Positions 18,846 through 24,440 of a stretch of DNA of 24,440 nt are shown piece by piece. Location of the stretch: contig JAWCPB010000017.1 of assembly GCA_038870455.1 (NCBI GenBank), positions 1-24,440 on the forward strand. Direction: 5' to 3'. A program made the translations under genes and the position numbers. The notes beneath the pieces are model-generated. The model saw nothing but the letters and a program-made list of their open reading frames with translations. It made no database searches and was not told where the DNA came from. Source of the stretch: Candidatus Micrarchaeia archaeon (lineage in GTDB: Archaea; Micrarchaeota; Micrarchaeia; Burarchaeales; JACRGF01). Each line of letters starts with the position of its first letter. The first letter of the stretch is position 1.

Positions 18846-19495
18846 TAAAACCTCGCAACCCACCTGCTGTTCTCCACCTTGACCCGCTGCCCCTCGCCCA
18901 CGAACTCCACGTTGTGCTCGTCGCCCGCCCGCCTGAGCCCATTCGCCCTCGCGTACTCAATCCAATCGCCTTCGACTCCCGCAGCAATTGCTTTCCCAAC
19001 ACGCACGAAATCAAACCCGTCTTTCCTGACTGTAAAGGGCGGCACCTTCACGAAACTCACCCCATACTTCTCCGCAGCCCGCTCGTCCCTCGGCATGTCG
19101 CCCGCGAACGACAGCACGCGAAAGCGCACCCTACGCAGGTCCTTCAGCCCCTCTTCATCCAACTCGTTGCCGTAATGAACTTCGTCGAATGCCTCGGCCA
19201 GCCCGCTTTTCCGCAGCACCTCGCCCACAAGCCTTCTGTCATCATCGGCAAAGCACGCCAGCCTGTAGCCTCTTCTCTTCTGCTCGGTCAGCATCCTGTG
19301 CGCGCCCGCCCGCGGGCCGTAATCGCCCGTAACCAAGCAGTCTGTCAGCACGAGCGTGCCGTAGAGGTCGTACACAAAGCCCTCGTTTTTCCTGGCCGGC
19401 GGTTTTCTTTCTGCGGCTCTTTTTTTCTCCGCGGCCGCCTTCTTCCTGGCGATGGCTTTCGCTCTTCCCGCAAGTCTTTTCTTTCCGGAGCGCAT
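18842..19495 (-). CDS. HAD-superfamily hydrolase with Lys-rich N-terminal extension
   Basis: Motif I-like VYDLYGTLV and motif IV-like FAGDMPRDERAA...GVSFV. Confidence 0.75.
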   Translation of the reverse strand: MRSGKKRLAGRAKAIARKKAAAEKKRAAERKPPARKNEGFVYDLYGTLVLTDCLVTGDYGPRAGAHRMLTEQKRRGYRLACFADDDRRLVGEVLRKSGLAEAFDEVHYGNELDEEGLKDLRRVRFRVLSFAGDMPRDERAAEKYGVSFVKVPPFTVRKDGFDFVRVGKAIAAGVEGDWIEYARANGLRRAGDEHNVEFVGEGQRVKVENSRWVARFY

Positions 19496-19519
19496 GCGAT
19501 TAGAACAAGTCCAGCTTTT

Positions 19520-20155
19520 TTAGGTTTTTCCGTTCGCGCTCTTCAAGGCCGCGCCGCAGTGCCCGCACCTGAACCTCGAGTCAAAAGCTTCCTCGAAAGA
19601 AATTTTTCCGCCGCATCCTTTCGCGCACAGGAAAACGCTTCCTGGCGCGTTGTCCTCCGACGCGGCGATGGTCGCCTCCTGCGCATGCAGCAGGCTCATC
19701 ACTTTTTCCTTCTCCTGCAGCAGCCCAAGCACTTCACCGAGCTTCACGTTCCAGATGTAAGAAAGCCACCCCGTGTTTTCGTCCCTCACGCGCGCGTACT
19801 CGACTATGCCGTGCGAATGCAGCTTGTTAAGGACCATTCTGACTCCGCTGACTTTGAGGTTCGCGTTTTTCGCCACCTTTTCCGCGCTGGCGGGCACGGC
19901 TATTTCGTGCAGCACTCTGGGCGCATCCGGCCCGGCCAGCTCTATGAGGAACTTTCCGATCCTCTCGTTCTCTATGGCTTCCACAATGCGCCGCCTGTTG
20001 AGCTCGGCTTCATTCGGAACAACGGTTTTCGCTGCCAGAGACTTTTTTGCTTGCAGCTTTCTTGCCTTTGCACGCGCGATTTTCTTTTTCGTTTCCGCCT
20101 TCGCTTTCCTAGCGCACGAGACCCTCTTTTTTCCAGCCGCCTTTTTTTGCGTCAT
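19520..20155 (-). CDS. tfe: Archaeal transcription factor E (TFIIE-alpha)
   Basis: Winged helix VRMVLNKLHSHGIVEYARVRDENTGWLSYIW and Zn ribbon FLCAKGC...FEEAFDSRFRCGHCG. Start uncertain (20155 or 20188). Confidence 0.9.
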   Translation of the reverse strand: MTQKKAAGKKRVSCARKAKAETKKKIARAKARKLQAKKSLAAKTVVPNEAELNRRRIVEAIENERIGKFLIELAGPDAPRVLHEIAVPASAEKVAKNANLKVSGVRMVLNKLHSHGIVEYARVRDENTGWLSYIWNVKLGEVLGLLQEKEKVMSLLHAQEATIAASEDNAPGSVFLCAKGCGGKISFEEAFDSRFRCGHCGAALKSANGKT

Positions 20156-20184
20156 TCGCTTCCCCAGCGTGCAAGGATGGTCTG

Positions 20185-20220
20185 CCATCAGCCGATTAAA
20201 GACCATCAGCCGATTGAAGA
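20185..20220. repeat. 18-bp tandem direct repeat (2 copies)
   Basis: CCATCAGCCGATTAAAGA followed by CCATCAGCCGATTGAAGA (1 mismatch). Confidence 0.9.
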
Positions 20221-20325
20221 ACAAGTTGTTATTATATGCCGCTCCTCCTATTTAAAGCTATTTTTTGCTGCGTAAAAAATTTATTTTTTCTAGGCAATAA
20301 TTTCCTGTCTCCTTGGGGTGATGGG

Positions 20326-21693
20326 ATGGCCAAGCTTGAGGAAATTCCCGCTCTCAGGGAATGGGAGAGAATAGGTTCCCACTCACATGTCAAGGGGCTC
20401 GGCATCAAGGACGGCAAGGTTGAGCGCATCGGCGGAGGGCTGGTAGGCCAGATCGCCGCGCGGCAGGCCGCGGGCGTTGTCGTTGAGCTGGTCAAGAAGG
20501 GAAGGTTCGCGGGCAGGGCCATTCTCATGGCCGGCCCCATGGGCACGGGCAAGACCGCCATCGCGCTGGCCATCGCCAAAGAGCTCGGCAGGGACGTGCC
20601 GTTCGTGCAGATTTTTGGCTCAGAAATTTATTCCTCCGAAGTGAAGAAGACAGAATTCCTCATGCGCGCGCTCAGGCGCGCCACGGGCACGCGCATTCAC
20701 GAGATGCGCACGATTTACGAGGGGGAAGTCACCCACCTCGACTTCGACATGGTGCCCCACCCGTACAATCCCTACCAGAAGATTCCCAAAAGCGCGACCA
20801 TCAAGCTGCGCACGAAAAGCGAGGAAAAACAGTTCAAGGTCGATTCAACTTTCGCCCAGGCGCTCATCCAGAACAACATAACAATTCACGATGTTGTCCA
20901 GATTGACGCCGAGACAGGCAGGATAGCCTCTCTCGGCAAGAGCGCCGACTGGAAGCCCGAGGAAAGCGAGAAGGTGGACCTCACCACCCAGCAGCTCGTC
21001 GAAGTGCCGAAGGGAAAAGTGCAGAAGGAAAAGGAGTTCGTGTACGTGCTGACCCTGCACGACCTCGACATGGCGAGGGCGCGGCGGGGAGGCGGCTTCG
21101 CCTCCTTCTTTTTCGGAGGCGGCAGGGAGGAGGAGCTGACCGAGGAGGACCGCGCGGCGGTTGACGAGGAAGTCAAGGGCATGGTGCAGTCGGGCACGGC
21201 CGAGATAATCCCCGGCGTGCTGTTCATTGACGAGACGCACATGCTCGACATAGAAGCCTTTTCCTTCCTGAACAGGGCCATTGAATCCGAGCTCGCGCCC
21301 ATCATCATTTTCGCCACGAACCGCGGCATCGCGACCATCCGCGGCACTGAACAGAAGTCGCCGCACGGCATTCCCATGGACCTGCTGGACCGCATGCTGA
21401 TAATCAACACCTATCCGTACGAGAAGGACGAGGTGGCCGAAATCATCCGCCTCCGCTGCAGGGAGGAAAAGGCCGTGCTGTCCGACAGAGCGCTGCAGCA
21501 CCTCGTGGATACAGGCTACAGGCGGAGCCCGCGCTACGCCACCCAGCTTCTCGCGCCGGCCGCTGCCATCGCCGCGGCCAGGAAGGCCGCCGAGATAGAC
21601 GTTGAGGACATAAAGCTGGCCGAACAGCTTTTCGTCGACATCGACAAGAGCGTCGAGCACGTGAAAAAGTTCGAGAAAGAGTTCGTGAGCTAA
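20326..21693 (+). CDS. TIP49 / RuvB-like AAA+ ATPase (TBP-interacting protein)
   Basis: GSHSHVKGLG, Walker A GPMGTGKT, GSEIYSSEVKKTE, Walker B FIDETH, ATNRG, SPHGIPMDLLDR. Confidence 0.96.
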   Translation: MAKLEEIPALREWERIGSHSHVKGLGIKDGKVERIGGGLVGQIAARQAAGVVVELVKKGRFAGRAILMAGPMGTGKTAIALAIAKELGRDVPFVQIFGSEIYSSEVKKTEFLMRALRRATGTRIHEMRTIYEGEVTHLDFDMVPHPYNPYQKIPKSATIKLRTKSEEKQFKVDSTFAQALIQNNITIHDVVQIDAETGRIASLGKSADWKPEESEKVDLTTQQLVEVPKGKVQKEKEFVYVLTLHDLDMARARRGGGFASFFFGGGREEELTEEDRAAVDEEVKGMVQSGTAEIIPGVLFIDETHMLDIEAFSFLNRAIESELAPIIIFATNRGIATIRGTEQKSPHGIPMDLLDRMLIINTYPYEKDEVAEIIRLRCREEKAVLSDRALQHLVDTGYRRSPRYATQLLAPAAAIAAARKAAEIDVEDIKLAEQLFVDIDKSVEHVKKFEKEFVS

Positions 21694-21732
21694 AGCTAGT
21701 AATTTAAATACCCCACATGAGAAAAATTAAGC

Positions 21733-22245
21733 GTGGCGAATGACATAGAGCAGAAGGAACTCAACGCCGTGCTGGCGGCCTGCCCGCCTGATGCCGAGCT
21801 AAAACGTCTTATCACAGAACTCAACGAGTTTAGGAAAGAAGGGTATCAACTTGTGTGTGGCGTGAGAGGAGCTGCCGAGATATACGCCGACCCGCACGAA
21901 ATGGGCACGATGGATCTGCGGAGAAAAATCGACGAATACGAGGCTGAATTGAAAAAACTTGGCTTAAGAGGATTGTTCAGCAAAAAAGGAGGCGAGCTGA
22001 GCAAGCTCATACTTGATTACAAACAAATACTTGAGGAGAAAGAGCGGAAACTCAAAGAAATCAACAAAAAGATTGAAGAAAAGAAGATGGAGATCGCCGC
22101 ACGCATCGAAAAACGATATCCCAACGTGTTCGACAAGCTCAGCGGACTCAAGAATTCCCTTGCAGACATGATTCTTGAAGGGAAGAAAATGCTCGCTAAA
22201 AAGGAGGAGGAAAAGCCGAAGCGTGGCGAGGCGCTTGCCCGCTAG
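21733..22245 (+). CDS. Hypothetical coiled-coil protein
   Basis: E/K-rich 170-aa ORF with TTTAAATA about 25 nt upstream. Confidence 0.75.
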   Translation: MANDIEQKELNAVLAACPPDAELKRLITELNEFRKEGYQLVCGVRGAAEIYADPHEMGTMDLRRKIDEYEAELKKLGLRGLFSKKGGELSKLILDYKQILEEKERKLKEINKKIEEKKMEIAARIEKRYPNVFDKLSGLKNSLADMILEGKKMLAKKEEEKPKRGEALAR

Positions 22246-22254
22246 GTCGTTTTG

Positions 22255-22500
22255 ATGCAGGGCGCTGTTAAGAACACCACGGGTTTGTGCGAGAAACTCA
22301 ACAGGCACCTTTTCGCCGCCGCGGCATTTCTCACCGTAAGCTGGCCCGGCGAGCTGGATGAAAACGCAGTGAAGTTCTTCGGCGCCGCCGCGCTCGCGAG
22401 CGCCGCAATCAAAACCGTCTCCTTCCTGCGTGCGCGCGCGGCAGAGAAGCGCATCCGGAGAGAGCTTTCGGAGCGCGTGCTCTGCGACAAAATCCGATAG
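22255..22500 (+). CDS. Hypothetical small membrane protein
   Basis: Fills the gap. Two short hydrophobic stretches and a basic tail. Confidence 0.45.
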   Translation: MQGAVKNTTGLCEKLNRHLFAAAAFLTVSWPGELDENAVKFFGAAALASAAIKTVSFLRARAAEKRIRRELSERVLCDKIR

Positions 22501-22520
22501 CCGCCGGTCGTGTCGGATTG

Positions 22521-22540
22521 ACAATTATTTTTAACTTGTT
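22521..22540 (+). promoter_or_regulatory. Putative TATA box for the tRNA-Gly transcript
   Basis: TTATTTTTAAC about 25-30 nt upstream of tRNA G1 (22559). Confidence 0.6.
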
Positions 22541-22558
22541 TTTCCAAAGCACCTATGT

Positions 22559-22696
22559 GCGGCTGTAGTCTAGCCTGGTAGGACTCGACCTTGCCATAAC
22601 TTGCCGATGGCGAGTATGCGAAAAGGTCGTAGCCCGGGTTCAAACGCGCTGCTGGCGCAGGCGGTTCCAGCAGGGCTGAAACTCCCGGCGGCCGCA
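22559..22696 (+). tRNA. tRNA-Gly(GCC) with two introns: 37/38 (22597-22623) and 59/60 (22645-22682)
   Basis: Exons 22559-22596, 22624-22644 and 22683-22696 give a 73-nt cloverleaf with anticodon at 22593-22595. Both introns form BHB motifs (central helices UUGC/GCGA and UUCA/UGAA). Confidence 0.93.
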
Positions 22697-22766
22697 TTGC
22701 TGAACCGCAGGGGCTTCAGCTCGGGCACTCCTATTTACCCGAAAGTTGCAACCGCGCCGGTGAAAA

Positions 22767-22890
22767 TCCCGGCCGCCGCATGACGGCAATGGCTCGCCCT
22801 TCAGGCCATTTGCAATCCAGCTTTGAGGGCTGCGGCGGTAGTCTAGCCTGGTAGGACTTTGGCCTTCCAAGCCAACAACCCGGGTTCAAA
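22767..22890 (+). tRNA. Circularly permuted tRNA-Gly(TCC): 3' piece (nt 60-73) at 22767-22780, 5' piece (nt 1-59) at 22832-22890
   Basis: The pieces join into a perfect 73-nt cloverleaf with anticodon at 22866-22868. Leader 22752-22766 and trailer 22891-22900 form a BHB at 59/60. Confidence 0.92.
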
Positions 22891-22902
22891 CTCGGTGCGG
22901 GA

Positions 22903-24051
22903 TTAGAGCGCGAGAAAGAAGCCAGCTGAGAAAGCATCGCCCAGGCCTACGGTGCTCCTTATGTGCCGGATGCGATGGGCGGGCAGAAGGGCAAGCGAAA
23001 AATCTCCTTTCAGCGAACTAACTCTTGCCGCGATTTCTTTTGGGAGTTTTGCGCGCGGAGGCCTGAAGCGACGCAGCTCCCGCAAGTATGGAAATGTGCC
23101 CTTCTGTGCACGGTAGGCCGCGAGGCGTGAGGCAAAGCGAAGAGCGCGTTTGAGCGAATCCTCGGGGACTCGGCGTGAGAGCGCCAGGTGAAATTCGGCC
23201 GTATGCAGGATGACTGTGGGGCATATGCCGAGGAGGCGCGGGAGCGCGGCAACGCCCTCCTCCGGAAAGGCCAGCGCTCTGCGCGCGGCTTCGAGCTCGA
23301 GCTCGTTCAGCCCCAGCGAAGTGCAGAGAGGCGCGATGGCTTTCAGCGCCTGTCTCAGGACGCTCTCGCTCTGGAAGCTCCCGAGCTCGAGATGGAGCTC
23401 CAGCTCGGGATTTAGGCTTCTCCACTTGCGGATGAGGCCGGAGAGCGCGGCAATCCTGTGCGCGCAGGCGGGGGAAAGGAGGTGAAATCCCCCGAGCGCG
23501 ATTTTGCCTATCCGCGGAAGCTCGCGCTCGAGCGCGCGCTCGAACTCTCCGTCCAAACGCATCTCGGAATTTTCTGGATCGAACGTGGCGATGAATCGGT
23601 TGGAGCGAGGAATCTTTTTCCCAAACACAGCGTCACCCTCGCTGAACTCAAAGACGAAGTGCGTTCTCGCCTCCGCCTCACGGAAGAAGCTCCGGCTCGG
23701 GACAAAGCCCTCGGAAGCGGCGAGCAGCACATTTTTGTGAAGGAGACGCGCGAGCTCGGTGCTCTTTGTGTTCGCGTGCAGAAAGCACTTGACGCCGAGG
23801 TGGGCGGCCGCCTGGGCCATATTGCCAGCCTGCCCGCCTACACGCTTTTCCGCGATAACAAAATTCCGCAGGATGAAGTCTGCGGTTGTGCGGTCGATGA
23901 CGACCTCGCGAGCCCTGCCCTGCAGCATGCAGTCAATGAGAGGCGAAAGCGGAGGGGGAAGGTTGCTCACATCGCTGCCGCGTACGCGGATAATCGCATC
24001 GATGTTTGTATTAAACACGAACGCAGCGCGCGATGGCAGCGCGGATTTCAT
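22903..24051 (-). CDS. ADP-dependent glucokinase/phosphofructokinase family protein
   Basis: FNTNIDAI, RVGGQAGNMA, HFVFEFSEG, PRSNRFI, SLGLNELE and catalytic STVGLGDAFSAG. Start taken at MKSALP because the longer ORF overlaps the tRNA. Confidence 0.93.
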   Translation of the reverse strand: MKSALPSRAAFVFNTNIDAIIRVRGSDVSNLPPPLSPLIDCMLQGRAREVVIDRTTADFILRNFVIAEKRVGGQAGNMAQAAAHLGVKCFLHANTKSTELARLLHKNVLLAASEGFVPSRSFFREAEARTHFVFEFSEGDAVFGKKIPRSNRFIATFDPENSEMRLDGEFERALERELPRIGKIALGGFHLLSPACAHRIAALSGLIRKWRSLNPELELHLELGSFQSESVLRQALKAIAPLCTSLGLNELELEAARRALAFPEEGVAALPRLLGICPTVILHTAEFHLALSRRVPEDSLKRALRFASRLAAYRAQKGTFPYLRELRRFRPPRAKLPKEIAARVSSLKGDFSLALLPAHRIRHIRSTVGLGDAFSAGFFLAL

Positions 24052-24088
24052 GAAACAATTAAAAACTGCGACATTAAAATAGTACTGA

Positions 24089-24205
24089 GCGGCCGTCATC
24101 TAGCCTGGTAGGATCTGAGCTTCCCATGACCTTTTTTCCGAAGTTAAGCGGAAAAGAAAGGGACGGAGACAGCTCATTGCCCGGGTTCAAATCCCGGCGG
24201 CCGCA
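24089..24205 (+). tRNA. tRNA-Gly(CCC) with a 44-nt canonical intron (24127-24170)
   Basis: Exons 24089-24126 and 24171-24205 give a 73-nt cloverleaf with anticodon at 24123-24125. BHB central helix UUCC/GGAG. ATTAAAAA upstream. Confidence 0.93.
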
Positions 24206-24213
24206 ACCATCCC

Positions 24214-24440
24214 GAACCCAGGGGGAGGTGTTCCTCCCCCTAGGTTTGAGGTTCCTCCGTAACCCCCTCCCTATCAGAACCGCCAGCGCGGTTCCGATAC
24301 CTCCGAACCGCGGGAACCTACGGTTCCCCCAGTTCCAGGTTCCTCCTGACCCCTCCCTTTTTCATCAATGCTTTTATCCGAGGGGGGAAGGTCCAGGACG
24401 AAGGGGGGAAACCTCCCCCCTTTGTCTTCCGAACCGCGGA
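24214..24440. repeat. Cluster of GC-rich palindromes and short repeats (REP/MITE-like), probably continuing past the window
   Basis: Hairpins at 24215-24246, 24272-24299, 24312-24328 and 24397-24426. AGGTTCCTCC..ACCCC(C)TCCCT at 24249 and 24337. TCCGAACCGCGG at 24302 and 24428. Confidence 0.7.

Noticed and set aside
22767-22780. tRNA 3'-end fragment as an attL/attR scar of an integrated element after Gly(GCC)
   Set aside because: It differs from the Gly(GCC) 3' end at position 67, pairs perfectly with the downstream UCC half and carries BHB flanks. No integrase is nearby.
22832-22890. Truncated tRNA pseudogene or trans-spliced split tRNA half
   Set aside because: The complementary piece is 51 nt upstream on the same strand with no TATA-like element between them, so cis permutation is simpler. 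Trans-splicing is not formally excluded.
22242-22937. Short ORFs overlapping the tRNA cluster
   Set aside because: They overlap well-formed tRNA genes and have no protein features.
24052-24099. Extended N-terminus of the ADP-dependent kinase
   Set aside because: It overlaps the tRNA-Gly(CCC) 5' end and the AT-rich promoter. ATG at 24051 fits better.
24214-24440. CRISPR array
   Set aside because: The repeats are degenerate and irregularly spaced, with no repeat-spacer periodicity and no cas genes.

Overview
GC-rich archaeal genomic DNA. Evidence: TFE, TIP49, an ADP-dependent sugar kinase, TATA boxes about 25 nt upstream of start codons, and CCA-less tRNAs with bulge-helix-bulge (BHB) introns. 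A DPANN/Micrarchaeota-like origin is an inference, not shown. Most of the window is dense housekeeping and transport genes (amt, Lrp regulator, corA, MFS, metF, aspA/fumC, tandem thyX, mscS, Ogg, GT2, EamA, HAD, tfe, TIP49, ADP-kinase), plus three Cys-rich surface proteins sharing a Cys-TM-basic C-terminal tail. The standout is 22559-24205, where all three tRNA-Gly isoacceptors are disrupted, each differently. Gly(GCC) has two introns (37/38 and 59/60). Gly(UCC) is circularly permuted: its 3' piece lies upstream of its 5' piece, and the flanks form a strict BHB at 59/60. Gly(CCC) has a canonical intron. Also present: a 59-aa zinc-finger gene missed by the ORF track, a GNAT-like gene broken by four single-base deletions, and a palindromic repeat cluster at the right end.
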